Shown: positions 9,125-20,725, counted from the first letter of the stretch. The stretch is DNA of 64,000 bases from an uncultured Planctomycetaceae bacterium (GCA_963813715.1 CAWFAK010000009.1:672001-736000), one strand, 5' to 3'. Notes: generated from the sequence alone by a model not told the origin. Translations and numbers: made by a program.

Positions 9125-12027
9125 TGATCTGGCAACTGTCCACCGCTGCCGGTTCCGTGCCGGGTCTTCCGGATTTGATCGATTGCGTCGGCCGGTTGCT
9201 GATCGGCTCGCTATGGCAGTTCGCGATCGTCGCCGCCGTTCTTGGGCTCGCGCTGCGATTAATGCGCCGGGCCTCGCCGCGAGCGCGCTACGCGGCGTCT
9301 GTGATTGCGCTGGCTGCTGTCGTGGCGCTGCCGGCAATCACTTGGTTCTGGGTTTCTGGCCTCGCTGAGCGAGAGCGCGAGACGCGGGCGATCGCGGAAG
9401 CACGCGATCTGCTGAATGGGGGCGCGAGCGCGATGGCGGAGAACCGTCAATGGATGAGGATCTCTCGGTCTGCAAGCCCCCGCCCCGACGAGCGGCTGGG
9501 TGGTCTGTCGCCTGCGGCGATCGTCCGTCGTTTCCCGCCTGCGCCGCGGGCCGCGGATGCGTGGTTGCTGACGATTGTGGCCGCCTGGCTACTGGGCGTC
9601 GCGATCTGCTCGTTACGGCCCTTCTTCAGTTGGCGCACCGTGCAGCGGCTGCGCGTCTTGGAGACTTCGCCTCTTCCCGACGCGCTGCGGCAGATTTTCG
9701 ATGGGGCCGCCGCAAAGATTGGTCTTCAGAGGAAGGTCAGCGCGCTGCAGTCGGGTTTGATCCGGATCCCTGCGGTCGTTGGGTATTTTCGGCCCCTCGT
9801 GCTGATCCCGCTTTCGGTCGCGACGGCGTTGCCGACCGATCAGCTCGAGGCGCTGATCGTCCACGAGCTGGCGCATATTCGGCGGCACGATTATCTCGTG
9901 AACCTGGTGCAGACCGCCCTCGAGACAGTGTTCTTCTATCACCCGGGCGTTTGGTGGATTTCCTATCAGCTTCGCCGAGAGCGCGAAGCCTGCTGCGACG
10001 AGGTCGTGCTCGGTGTCTGCGGCAATCGGTTCGAGTATGCCAGAGCACTGATCGCGCTGGAGGAACTGCGAGCCAGTTCGCCCGCCTTGGCCCTCGCCGC
10101 CGCCGGCGGGTCGCTCCTGGAACGAATTCGCCGTATCGTCGGCGCGCCTGAGGAGCCGAAGCCGGGGCCGGGCGCCCTTCTATGGGCGGGGGCATTGGTC
10201 GCAGCGGCACTTGTCGGTTTCTCAATCGGAAGCGGCAAGCACGCGGCCGGTTCGGGCCTCAGCGCGGAGCAGATGATTCGCATCGCGTCGATCATGCCGA
10301 CCGCGGCGCCGCGGCGGCCGTTTCGCGTGACTCTGCCCGACGGGGCCGAGTTTGAAGTCGTGGGCGTCTGCGAGCATCCCGCGAATGGCCGGGCGTGGTG
10401 GCGGGCCGATGGCTCGCCGCTCCCCATTGCTCCGAATGAACCCTTCAATTCGCGGGTCAATGATGGCCCGCAATCGATCCATCGCGAATTCGTCGTCGAT
10501 GCGCTGCACGATGCCGGGGCGACCGTGCAAGCACACATCGAGGGTGGGGGAAGCGCGGCCGCTTCGTCTTCGGAAAAAAAGGAAGGTGGCAAGCTTCGCG
10601 ACCGCCAGCGGTTTGCCATGGCATTCCCAAAGAATGCCCACACGGCGAAGGTTGTCATCGACTATTCCGGCGGTCCGTGGACGACGATCGCCCAGCGCGA
10701 TCGGAGTGACGGTTCACCGGTCGGCATTGGGTTTGCGGAGGGCGGTGTCGTGTTTGGCGAAGCCGTCGAGACTCAAGGGACCGTGCGAATTCCCATTTCC
10801 TACGATCTCAAAGCCCCCGATATCGGCGACGTGCGGCTGATCGCCGTCGACGGCCGCGGACACGAGCACGCGCCGGAACACGCGAACTTTGTTTCGGCCC
10901 GCAATGCCAACCTGATGAGCGTGGAATTTCGAGAGATCCCGCTGGCGGAGATCAAGGAGTTCCGGCTGCAAACCCGCCGCACGCAGCGAATCGAGTTCCG
11001 CAACATCTCGCTGAATCCCGGCCAGACGTCCCACGTCGAAATTTTCATCGACGGCAAGCCCTATCCACTCGCGGCTGCCGAAGCGAAGCCACGACCCGTC
11101 GACAGTCCGCCGGCAGCCCTCGATTGGGTGCCTGCACCAATGAACGCGCGGCGCTGCCACGGCGCCCCCCGCGATGCGCGATCCAAGAGGAGCGCGGAGG
11201 AGAGTGACCCGCGGTCCTTGGTTGGACAGAACGCCTATCGAGCAGTGCTTCCCAACGGATCGACGATCGCGCTCGTCGGTGTGGGAGCGAATCGGGGCAC
11301 ACACGAACAATGGTGGACTCCCGACGGTCGGCCGGGAATCAATGTCGATCACCAGTTTGGCTGGCAAGTCCCGTTCGATAGCGAAAATAAGGTTCTTCGT
11401 ACATTTCTGCTCGAATCGTTCAGTCCGGAAGGAACGTTCTCGATCTCCGCCAACGGCACAACCACGCAATCCGAGCGGCAGCACTTTTCCGGACACGGCA
11501 TCTACAACCAACACCAAATGATCGCAGCCATCTCTGAAACCTCACCGATGACGCTCTTCGTGCGATACTTCCCCAAGCCTTGGAGAACAGTCGCCACGCG
11601 GCCCGCGAACTGCCCCCCGGGTATGCGGCAGGCAACATTTCCGGAGGGGAGCGCGGATATCACGGATCCCACGCAAAAGAACAGCGGCACACAGATCGTC
11701 GTCGCGTACGGCGTGAAAGACCGCGAGTCCCGGATCGTCGCCGTCGATCGAAACAACACAGAGCACGCGCCACAGGGCGTGTGGGGCGACGGCAAGAACC
11801 ACATGCAACAAGTGGAATTCCAGCTGCCCCTGTCCCAAATCCGCGAATTCCGTTTTCAGGTTCGCGAATACGAAGCCATCGAGTTTCGCAATGTGGCGCG
11901 CGTGCCGGAGCAAAAGACCAATGTCGAAATCTACATCAACGGCAAGCGGTTTCTTCCAAACGCCGCGAAGGCCGACCTGTTGCCCTTGTCCGTCCCGTAT
12001 ACCTATTACATTGGGGCGACGCACTGA
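9121..12027 (+). CDS. BlaR1/M56-family metallopeptidase with two tandem uncharacterised C-terminal domains
   Basis: TM segments, HELAHIRRHD zinc motif, EREACCDE; GTGA overlap with blaI. Confidence 0.9.
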   Translation: MMIWQLSTAAGSVPGLPDLIDCVGRLLIGSLWQFAIVAAVLGLALRLMRRASPRARYAASVIALAAVVALPAITWFWVSGLAERERETRAIAEARDLLNGGASAMAENRQWMRISRSASPRPDERLGGLSPAAIVRRFPPAPRAADAWLLTIVAAWLLGVAICSLRPFFSWRTVQRLRVLETSPLPDALRQIFDGAAAKIGLQRKVSALQSGLIRIPAVVGYFRPLVLIPLSVATALPTDQLEALIVHELAHIRRHDYLVNLVQTALETVFFYHPGVWWISYQLRREREACCDEVVLGVCGNRFEYARALIALEELRASSPALALAAAGGSLLERIRRIVGAPEEPKPGPGALLWAGALVAAALVGFSIGSGKHAAGSGLSAEQMIRIASIMPTAAPRRPFRVTLPDGAEFEVVGVCEHPANGRAWWRADGSPLPIAPNEPFNSRVNDGPQSIHREFVVDALHDAGATVQAHIEGGGSAAASSSEKKEGGKLRDRQRFAMAFPKNAHTAKVVIDYSGGPWTTIAQRDRSDGSPVGIGFAEGGVVFGEAVETQGTVRIPISYDLKAPDIGDVRLIAVDGRGHEHAPEHANFVSARNANLMSVEFREIPLAEIKEFRLQTRRTQRIEFRNISLNPGQTSHVEIFIDGKPYPLAAAEAKPRPVDSPPAALDWVPAPMNARRCHGAPRDARSKRSAEESDPRSLVGQNAYRAVLPNGSTIALVGVGANRGTHEQWWTPDGRPGINVDHQFGWQVPFDSENKVLRTFLLESFSPEGTFSISANGTTTQSERQHFSGHGIYNQHQMIAAISETSPMTLFVRYFPKPWRTVATRPANCPPGMRQATFPEGSADITDPTQKNSGTQIVVAYGVKDRESRIVAVDRNNTEHAPQGVWGDGKNHMQQVEFQLPLSQIREFRFQVREYEAIEFRNVARVPEQKTNVEIYINGKRFLPNAAKADLLPLSVPYTYYIGATH

Positions 12028-12080
12028 CCCGGCGGCTAACGCCTGACTGCGAGGCACTGTCGATTCGGTCCGCAGGCGAC

Positions 12081-12236
12081 TGGGACGAGGCACCGACGAA
12101 ACGCCCGAATCGGTGAACGGCTGGGACACCACCGATCGTGCCTCGTCGCGGCGGATTGCCCTTAGCGCACATGCTTTTCGGCTACGCACGTCGCGCGGTC
12201 GATCGTGCCGTCGGGATGGATCGTGAACGTGACGGC
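12081..12236. repeat. 156-bp diverged direct repeat, copy 2
   Basis: Encodes an orphan WDEAPTKRPNR* on + and the real ComEC end (AVTFTIHPDG...KHVR*) on -. Confidence 0.9.
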
Positions 12237-14642
12237 GCCCGCGTCGTCGGTCGACGTGATTCGCGTCTCGGCAGCGTATGCCGCGCGGAGCGACTTGAAG
12301 TCGACGCGGCGGTCGGCGCTCACCACCAGTTCGCGCGGATGGGCCCAGTCGGCGAGCGCCGCCGGATTGGCGCGGCGGCTGCCGTGGTGCGGTGAGAGCA
12401 ACACGTCGACCGGCAACGGCGGGCGGCTCAACAGCGTTTGCTGACCCTGCCCGTCGAGATCGCCCGTGAGCAGAATCCGTCGGCCGGCGAACTCGATCGC
12501 CAGCACGATGGAATTGGCGTTGTCGTCCGAATGCGGGCGGCCGAAGCCGGGATGCAGCAAGCGAATTTCGACCCGCTCGTCGAGCCGCAGTCGATCTTCG
12601 TCGCGGACAAGGCGGATCGGCACGCCGGCCTCCGCCGTCTCGTCGCACAGCGCGGCCACGGCCGGCTGCTTGAAATCGAGAAACTGCTGCGAGACCAGGA
12701 GCGCGCCCACCGGCATCGCGTGCATCAGCTCGGCCGCACCGTTGAAGTGATCCATGTCGGCGTGCGAGACGACGAGCGCGTCCAGCCCCTGGCGGCGGCG
12801 TTCCCACAGCGTTTGCTGCACGGCCCGCTGGGCGATGCGACCGTCCTGCATCGAGCCGGCGTCGTAAAGCAACGTGCGGCCGTTGGGGCACTCGATCAGG
12901 ATCGCCCCGCCGTGGCCGACCGACAGAAACGTGCAACGCAGGGCGTCGTCCTCGGCCGTGCGCAGGCCCCAGCCCAAGCCGACGATCAGCCAGGCCAAGA
13001 GCAGGCACCAGCCGCGGCCGCCCCAGCGTCGTACGGGCCGCACGAAGGCTAGCGCGAAGAGGACCGCGTAATACCCGGCCAGCCACCAATCGGACGGGCC
13101 GGCGACGTAAAAGTGCGACATCCGCACATGAGCGGCCCGCTCCACCAGGTACAACAGCATCCCGAGGCCCCATTCGAACGGCACGGCGGCGATCCACGAA
13201 ACGTCCGGAGCCAGCAGCCCGACGCCCAGGTGGATGTAGCCGGCCCAGAGAACGCAGAGCGAGACCGGCGCCATCACCACGTTGATCAGAATGCCGACCG
13301 GCGAAATGATGTGGAACCGCGCCGCCACCAGCGGCAGCGTGAAGAGCGCGGCGGCGATGGCGATCGTCCAGTCGTCGCGCAGCTGCTCGCGCAGCGATCG
13401 GACCCACGCGTGGATCGTCGCGACGAAGCGCGAGGCCGGTTCTCCGTCGGCGAGCGCAAGTTCAGTCGGCCTTCTCCACCGCCCGCAGGCCCAGGCAATC
13501 CCCAACACCGCCAAGAACGACAGCTGCGTTCCCGTATTAAAGAGATCGGTCGGATTCCACAGCAGAATTACGAGGGCCGCCAGCGCCAGGCAGTTCGTCA
13601 GCGACGGCCGCCGCATGATCAAGCGCGCAAGCGAATAGAGGGAAATCATCACGGCGGCGCGAATCACCGGCGGATTGCCATCAGTGAGGAGCGCGTAGCC
13701 CACGACGCCGACGATCGTGAGCAAGCTCGTCCCTCTTACGGAAAGCCCGGCCAGCCGGCCCACGCCCCACAGCAACAATCCGAGAATCGCCACGTGCATT
13801 CCGGAGATCGCCAGCACGTGCAACAGCCCGCTCTTGGTGAAGGCGTCGCGAATCTCCTCGTCCATCTGCATGCGGCCGCCGAACAGCAACGCGTCGGCCA
13901 CCGGCGCCGTGCGCGGCGAAAGATCGCGGGCGAAGACCGCTTCTCCCTCCGCCCGCAGCCGGGCCGCCCATTGCCAGAGCGAGACTGCCGAGCCCACCTT
14001 TAGCAGCCGCACGGCGTCCGGATGGTCGGCCGTCAGCAAACAACGGATCCCTTTGCCCCGATAGAAGCCGGCCGGATCGAAACCGCCCGGATTCTTCGCC
14101 GGTGCGGGCAAGCTCAGCCAGCCGCAGACCTCGACCCGGTCCTCCACGTCGCAATGCACCAGATGGCCGCTGACGTGGACCAGAGCCCGGCCGCTCACCG
14201 CGCACTCGTCCCCGCCGTCGAGGAGACTTTCGACTGCCAGGACGGCGGTCGAGGCATCGGGCCTTGGCCAGGCATAGCGTGCGCTGGGCGTATCGTGCGA
14301 GATTAAATCGGGCCGGGCAAGCAGCGTGCCGACCACGCGCACCAGCCGCGGCTCGTCCGAAGCGAAGAGCGACAAATCGTTGTCGCGGGCGACCGACCAG
14401 GCCAGATGATGCCGCGCACCGCCCAGACAAACGACGCCCAATAGCAGCGCGACGGCCGATTCTTTGGCGAACCGCGTCGGAGACAGCGCGGCCCACGCGG
14501 CAGCCAGCAACACGGCGCCGAACAGCCAGACGTCGAGCGGCGCCGGCCGAAAATGATCGCAGCATATACCGCCGCCCAGCGCCAGCGCGATCGCCACGGC
14601 CGGATGCCGAATAGGGGATCCGTCTTTCATCGGCGGAGCCAA
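12162..14642 (-). CDS. comEC: DNA internalisation competence protein ComEC/Rec2
   Basis: NPGGFD, HVLAISGMHV competence domain, MBL domain SHADMDH, PHHGS. Confidence 0.95.
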   Translation of the reverse strand: MAPPMKDGSPIRHPAVAIALALGGGICCDHFRPAPLDVWLFGAVLLAAAWAALSPTRFAKESAVALLLGVVCLGGARHHLAWSVARDNDLSLFASDEPRLVRVVGTLLARPDLISHDTPSARYAWPRPDASTAVLAVESLLDGGDECAVSGRALVHVSGHLVHCDVEDRVEVCGWLSLPAPAKNPGGFDPAGFYRGKGIRCLLTADHPDAVRLLKVGSAVSLWQWAARLRAEGEAVFARDLSPRTAPVADALLFGGRMQMDEEIRDAFTKSGLLHVLAISGMHVAILGLLLWGVGRLAGLSVRGTSLLTIVGVVGYALLTDGNPPVIRAAVMISLYSLARLIMRRPSLTNCLALAALVILLWNPTDLFNTGTQLSFLAVLGIAWACGRWRRPTELALADGEPASRFVATIHAWVRSLREQLRDDWTIAIAAALFTLPLVAARFHIISPVGILINVVMAPVSLCVLWAGYIHLGVGLLAPDVSWIAAVPFEWGLGMLLYLVERAAHVRMSHFYVAGPSDWWLAGYYAVLFALAFVRPVRRWGGRGWCLLLAWLIVGLGWGLRTAEDDALRCTFLSVGHGGAILIECPNGRTLLYDAGSMQDGRIAQRAVQQTLWERRRQGLDALVVSHADMDHFNGAAELMHAMPVGALLVSQQFLDFKQPAVAALCDETAEAGVPIRLVRDEDRLRLDERVEIRLLHPGFGRPHSDDNANSIVLAIEFAGRRILLTGDLDGQGQQTLLSRPPLPVDVLLSPHHGSRRANPAALADWAHPRELVVSADRRVDFKSLRAAYAAETRITSTDDAGAVTFTIHPDGTIDRATCVAEKHVR

Positions 14643-14989
14643 CGGGTGCTTGGTGGTCGGCGGCGGACACCGGATGGATCGTCAACGGGCCCTTGGACAC
14701 GGGCCTCGTGAGTCCGGCCGCCGACTGAGACCGCCGCCAGTGTACACCGATCGGCGGCATCTCGCGCTCACAGGAGCGATGGCAGCGGCGGAGGTCAGGG
14801 CGTGGCGAAAAGCCACTGCGGACGGCGGACGCTGAGCCACGGACGTTAAGATTTGTGAAGGACGTAGGTGTTTGCCCGCGCCCCGGGCGGTCGAGTATTG
14901 TAGATTGGCAGGGTTCCCGCCGCTTGGGCCTGTCGGTTTGGGGCACTTCTCCGCTTTCGAGTCCGTCCGTTCGAGTACGAGCCTCCGCC

Positions 14990-16949
14990 ATGAGCCAGAG
15001 TCCCACTGTCGGTTTTCGCGACGCGATCGCCGCCCTGGAGCAGTTGGGCGCCGCGTTCTCCCGCTACGATGAAGCGGGCGGGCGGGTCATCGTCTTTACC
15101 GGCTCCAAGATCGACGACCGCACCCTCGAGCTGGTCCGCCACGTTCCCGGCATCAAGCGGCTCGACCTCCGCGGCACGACCATCACCGACGCGGGTCTCG
15201 AACATCTCAAGGACATGACCGACCTCGAGCAGGTCTGGCTCACCGGAACGCGGATCACCGGCGCCGGCCTGGCCCGGTTGCAGAAACTCAAAAATCTCAA
15301 GTCGCTGCTCGTGGGCGAATCGCGGGTCGACAATGGCGGCCTCGCGCATGTCCGCGGGCTCCGCAGCCTGGTCACGCTCGGCCTTTCCGGCACCCGGATC
15401 ACCGATGCCGGGCTCGTCCACCTCAAGGAACAGACCAAGCTGCAGATGCTCGATCTGCGCAACACGCGCACGACCGACGTGGGCCTCAATCATCTCGTCG
15501 GACTCTCGAATCTGGCCGAATTCTTCCTGGCCCGCACCAAGATCACCGACGCCGGCATGGACGTCGTCGGCAAGCTGACGAAGCTCACGAACCTGTCGCT
15601 GGCTAAAACGCCCATCTCCGACGCCGGCATCGCCAAGCTCGAATCGCTCGTCAATCTGCGGCAGCTCGGCCTGGCGAACACGGCCGTCACCGACGCCGGC
15701 ATGGAGTCGATCGGCAAGCTGACGGCGATCGAAAAGCTGACGCTGGTCAGCGTCCGCATCACCGACGAAGGGCTGGCGCCGCTCGCCGCGCTCAAGAATC
15801 TGGAAACGCTCTTTTTAAGCGGCACGCGCGTCGGCAACGAGGGCATGCAGTTTCTCTCCAAGCTGACCCGCCTCGACGACCTGGGCCTGGCTTTTACGGC
15901 CGTGGGCGATGCGGGCCTCGCGCGGCTCAAGGGCTTGGTCAATCTGAACCGCCTCTCACTCGAAAGCACGCGTGTCACCGATGCCGGGCTGCCGGCACTC
16001 GTTGGCATGAAGAACTTGCAGGTCCTGTTCCTCAGCGGCACCGGCGTGGGGGATGAGGGGCTGGCACACCTGGGCCGCCTGACCAACCTCAGAAGCCTGG
16101 GACTGGCTTTCACCCGCATCACCGACGTCGGCTGCGAACACCTCGCACGGCTGTCGCGCTTGGAAAGCCTCTCGATCACCAGCACCCCCATTACCAATGC
16201 CGGGCTGGGTCACCTTGTCGGCCTGTCGCGGCTGCGGAACTTGTCGATTGTCGGCACGAAAATCACCGAGGGCGGCATCAGCAAGCTCAGCCGGGCCGTT
16301 CCCAAGTGCGTGATCAAGACCGACGCGGGCACGGCCGACCACGTCGATTCGGAACTCAAAGCCCGGGCCGAGCTCGAGCGGATCGGCGCGAATCCGCCTC
16401 GACGAAAAAGGCGAAGCGCTCGCCGTCAGCTTCGTTAAGGGAGCCGTCTTCGCCGACAAAGAGCTCGCCCACCTGAAATGGATGATCGACCTCCGGCAGC
16501 TGAGCCTCACCGGGGCCAACATCTCGGACGAAGGCCTCGTCCACCTGTCCGGCCTGACCAAGCTCGAGGTCCTCGATCTCAGCAACACCAAGATCACCGA
16601 CTCCTGGCGCGAGGCCATGCCCGAGCTGCCGCGACTGACCTGGCTCGACGTGCGGGGGACCAAGATCACCGACATCGGCCTCCGCCGCATGAGCGACCTG
16701 CCGAGCCTCAAGAACCTGTTTGTCAGCGGCCCGAAGATCACCAACTCGGGGTTGGAGCACCTGGGCAAGATGACGTCGCTCGAGCACCTCAGCCTCACGC
16801 TCTGCCGCGGCGTCTCGAACTCCGGCCTGCTCTACCTCCGCGGCCTCTACCGCCTCAAACGCTTGGATCTCCGCGGCACCAGCGTGCTGGAAGACGGAGC
16901 CAACCAGCTGCAGCGGTTCCTGCCCAACTGCGCAATGCTCCGCGACTGA
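14990..16949 (+). CDS. Leucine-rich repeat protein (24-aa repeats); frameshift near 16395
   Basis: About 20 LxxLxLxxTxITDAGL repeats in ORFs 14855..16438 and 16482..16949. Confidence 0.9.
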
Positions 16950-16968
16950 GGTTGGCCGCGGCGGCCGC

Positions 16969-17874
16969 CTAAGTCCGAGCGTTATTCGGCAGCAGGGTCG
17001 TCCACTCGGCGACGTAGGGGCAAACCGTGTCGAGGTCGTAGCGGGTCAGTGTTCGGACGAGATTACAGTCGTCGTTCGCCCAAAGCTCGATATTGGATAC
17101 GACCTCAAGAACCGCGCCTTGGCCGTCTGCCCGCTCAACAACGTACCAATGGACCCAATCGGAGCCTGGCGTGCCTTGCTGCACGGCGGACGCGGCTGCC
17201 CAGCGACCGGACATCAGCGACTCGCGGACTTTCGCGCCCGTGGTTTCGTAATCGACCAAATCGATCGAAGCGAGAGTGCCCATTTTGATGACATCGCTAA
17301 TGTCCCCGAGCCCCTCGCAGTGACTGATCAGTGTTCTCATGACCCACGCCCCATCGGTTGTGGGCTCCTCGTCGCGCACTGCTGACCCATAGCGGGCCAA
17401 CGCCTCGCGCAGGATATCGATCTCGTCGGAATCGAGGTCCGGTAGCATCCCGCCGCCACCTGTCAGTCGCATCAGTCGCGTGGCCAGCCCCGATCGATCG
17501 TCAACGGATTTCACGAACTTGAGTGTCTGCACGACCCTCATTCCGGGGACGCCCCATCGGGACGGGACGAGGTCCCAGCCGACGGCGGCAATCTCGCTCC
17601 AACGATAATGCCACGTCCTCAACAGCGTCTGGACCTCGACGCCAGAACTATCGAACGTCACCATGCGGCCCGTTCCGACGGCGCGACTGAACAAAATCGA
17701 GGCGAAAAAGAAGAATCCGAGCGCCACGGCCGGATCGCGAGTCGCGATCGTAACGACTGCAGCCGGGACCATGAGGAGGCTGTACAGGACCAAAATCAGT
17801 AGCCGCAACCTCCATTCACCGCGAGCGCGACGCCCCAGAACCTGGCGATCAGAACTGGCCGCGGGCTGGGCCAT
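16969..17874 (-). CDS. Hypothetical membrane protein (two TM helices, possible PH-like domain)
   Basis: 301-aa ORF; two hydrophobic helices then ...WHYRWSEIAAV. Confidence 0.6.
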   Translation of the reverse strand: MAQPAASSDRQVLGRRARGEWRLRLLILVLYSLLMVPAAVVTIATRDPAVALGFFFFASILFSRAVGTGRMVTFDSSGVEVQTLLRTWHYRWSEIAAVGWDLVPSRWGVPGMRVVQTLKFVKSVDDRSGLATRLMRLTGGGGMLPDLDSDEIDILREALARYGSAVRDEEPTTDGAWVMRTLISHCEGLGDISDVIKMGTLASIDLVDYETTGAKVRESLMSGRWAAASAVQQGTPGSDWVHWYVVERADGQGAVLEVVSNIELWANDDCNLVRTLTRYDLDTVCPYVAEWTTLLPNNART

Positions 17875-18453
17875 TTTCCAATATCCCCTGCCGTTTTCGA
17901 CCGACGGTCACCGTTTTGAAAACGCGGGATCTTGCCGATCGGATCACGAAGTCAGCGCGAGGGCGAGGCCAGAGTGCCATGGCGAGCGGCCGAGTCGATC
18001 CACGATTATTCGCGTCGCTCGGGATGGCGGCTCGGAAGGTCCGCTCCCAAGTCCCGCCGCTGCCAAATCTGCGGTCTGAGCATTCGATCCACCGCGTGCG
18101 CGGGCCGGAAAAAGACTTCGCTAACAGTTCCCGCCAATGGCAGGCTGACTGACAGGCGGCCGATAAGACGGCTCCGGCGTGGCCATGACGATGATGAAGC
18201 TCATGACGGGTTGGTCGCGGTCAATCGAAAATGACTGCGTGACGAGCCCGTAGTAGGCGGCCAGATGAATCCCGCTCACGGCGACAGCGAGAGGTTGACT
18301 CAGTGACAAGGAAACGTGCGTTGCGAGCTCGGTGAAGTCAGAGTCGGCCAGATCATGCCGCTCACGGCGACGACGACAGCTACCACAGCGACAAAGGAAA
18401 ACCGCGTTCGACTTCGGTCTATCATGACGTCGGGTCCGCGATCGCATTTCCTA

Positions 18454-19532
18454 TTATTGCGGCGCCAGTGCAGTCACCACCCGCGTCCCCATTTCTTCCG
18501 TGCCGATACTCGGACCGCCGGCCGCAATATCCTTCGTGCGGTGCCCCTGATCAAGCACCGTGTTGACCGCCGCTTCGATCCTCGCCGCTTCCGTTTCGAG
18601 ACCCAGCGAGTGCCGCAGCAGCATCGCGGCGGCGAGGATCGTCGCCAGGGGGTTGGCGATGCCTTTGCCGGCGATGTCGGGGGCTGAGCCGTGGATCGGT
18701 TCGTAGAGGCCGGGGCCGCCGGAGCCGAGGGAGGCCGACGGCAAGCAGGCCGAGCGAGCCGGGGAGCATTGAGCCTTCGTCGGTGAGGATGTCGCCGAAC
18801 ATGTTTTCCGTCACCACGACGTCGAAGTCGCGCGGCCGCGAAATCAGGTGCATGGCCATCGCGTCGACGAGCACCACGTCGTACGCGATCTCGGGGAATT
18901 CGTTCTTCATCACGCGGGCGGCCACCTCCCGCCACAACCGCGACACTTCGAGCACGTTGGCCTTGTCGACCGACGTGACTTTTTTGCGGCGGCCGCGGGC
19001 CAGTTGCCCGGCCAAGCGCACGACCCGCTCGATCTCGCCGGTCGAATAGATCATCGTGTTCCAGGCCTGCTCGCCGCTCGGGTGCGGCTGCCGCACGGCT
19101 TCGCCGAAATACAGGCCGCCGGTCAGCTCGCGGATGAAGAGGATGTCGACCCCCTCGACGATGCTCCGCTTAAGCGGCGAGGCGTCGACGAGTTGCCGAT
19201 GAGCGGTGATCGGCCGCAGGTTGGCGAAGAGGCCCAGCTCCTTGCGAATCTTGAGCAGTCCCGCCTCCGGCCGCGTTTTCGCCCGCGGATCGTCCCACTT
19301 CGGCCCGCCGACCGCCCCCAGCAGCACGGCCTGCGACGACCGGCACTCGGCCAGCGTCCGCTCGGGCAGCGGGTCGCCGAATTCATCGATCGCACAGCCG
19401 CCGATCGGGCACGTCACGAAGTTGAACGTGTGATGAAACCGTTCGGCCACCGCGCCGCAACACGCGCTCGGCTTGGGCAACGACCTCGGGGCCGATTCCG
19501 TCGCCGGGAAGCAACACAATCTTGGCGTTCAT
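18454..19532 (-). CDS. leuB: 3-isopropylmalate dehydrogenase; frameshifts near 19460 and 18745
   Basis: [48 protein letters not shown]. Confidence 0.96.
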
Positions 19533-19578
19533 CGGCTTGTTGTCTCACGAAAACCAGAATCGAAAACCTCGCAGCGCC

Positions 19579-19607
19579 AGCTTATGCTGCAACGCGCCTG
19601 GCATCCA
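19579..19607 (-). promoter_or_regulatory. Putative leuB promoter TGGATG-N17-TAAGCT, copy 1
   Basis: Same hexamers and 17-bp spacing recur at 21045-21073 and 23812-23840. Confidence 0.65.
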
Positions 19608-19674
19608 TCGTGCCCCGGTGCGCAGCAAGACCCGGCGAGCGTCGGGCGTAAGCCTGATGGTGCTGAGATCGTTT

Positions 19675-20589
19675 TTATCTGCCGTTTTGCTTTTCCGGCT
19701 GGAGCGAATATCCGGCCGCCGGAATCACGCGTACTGCCGGAGTCACCGATCTGAGGGTGATATGCGTGTTGCGCTCGTTGTCGTGAATTTGCGAGCCGGC
19801 TGGAAGATCGCTCGCAAACGCCGCCTGAATCTGCTCGGCTCCGCGCGGGAACTGCACGCGAATTGTCCGCAACTCATCGGTAAAAAAGAGTTCCCGGTGC
19901 TTGGTGCCCCGATAGCTCTCCAGCTTTGCTGCGAAAGGAAAGGCCCGTCCATCACTGAAGGTCACCAATTTCGAGATGCGCAATCGATGGAAGAGCTTGT
20001 CCTCCAAAAAGGTGTCGTGCCCAAGATGCCTGGCATCGGGTTCGCGGACGAAAAGGTGGGCGTATCCATGTCGCACGTTCACGCGAAGCACTCTCGTTAA
20101 GGGGGGAGTGTCGGCATCGCTATCCACCAGGGATACGTCGGCGTTGGCCATACTGAACCACGACGAACCGCCGAAAAGAAAGTAAAAGCTCGCGGGACGA
20201 AAAGAGGCCGAATGATCTTTCGGCTTTCCCAAATGTTGTAATTCAGTGGCACCATCGCCTGCAGCAAGGCCGTCGGCGTCGAGAGGAAATGCTCGAACAC
20301 ATTGCTCTCTGGATGCACTCGAGCATTTCGCGATCGGGCTCCCATGACCACCGGCAACGAAGCAGGCGATTCCGCTGGGGCATACCTTTACCCCAGCCGG
20401 GCATAGAGGTTCGTTTGATCTCGAATTCGCCCGTGACTGGTGCGTCGTCTTTGAGGCGGTCCAAGAAGCGGTGGAACAACTGTTTTGCCTCGTCGGTGCT
20501 GACCTTCGCGTCGGCTCCCCCTCGAACCGAGGTCAGGGTCACGAACAGCGTGATCAGACAAACTGTTGAGCGAGCGCAGCGGGTCGCAT
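19675..20589 (-). CDS. Hypothetical exported protein; multiple frameshifts
   Basis: AGGA then ATG at 20589; signal-like LITLFVTLTSVRGGADA; pieces in ORFs 20243..20638, 20097..20357 and 19675..20232. Confidence 0.5.
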
Positions 20590-20607
20590 GGATCCTGCCC
20601 TGAGTAG

Positions 20608-20725
20608 ACCGAGCAACACAGCGTGCGACGACCGGCACTCGGCCAGCGTCCGCTCGGGCAGCGGATCGCCGAATTCATCGATCGCACAGCCGCCAATCGG
20701 ACAGCTCACGAAGTTGAACGTGTGA
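20608..20725 (-). pseudogene. Duplicated internal 5' fragment of leuB
   Basis: 20624-20725 matches 19332-19433 with about 5 mismatches in 102 bp. Confidence 0.9.

Noticed and set aside
18121..18447. Possible small exported protein downstream of leuB
   Set aside because: Needs a frameshift to join a TM-like start to the rest and has no recognisable family; too weak to call.
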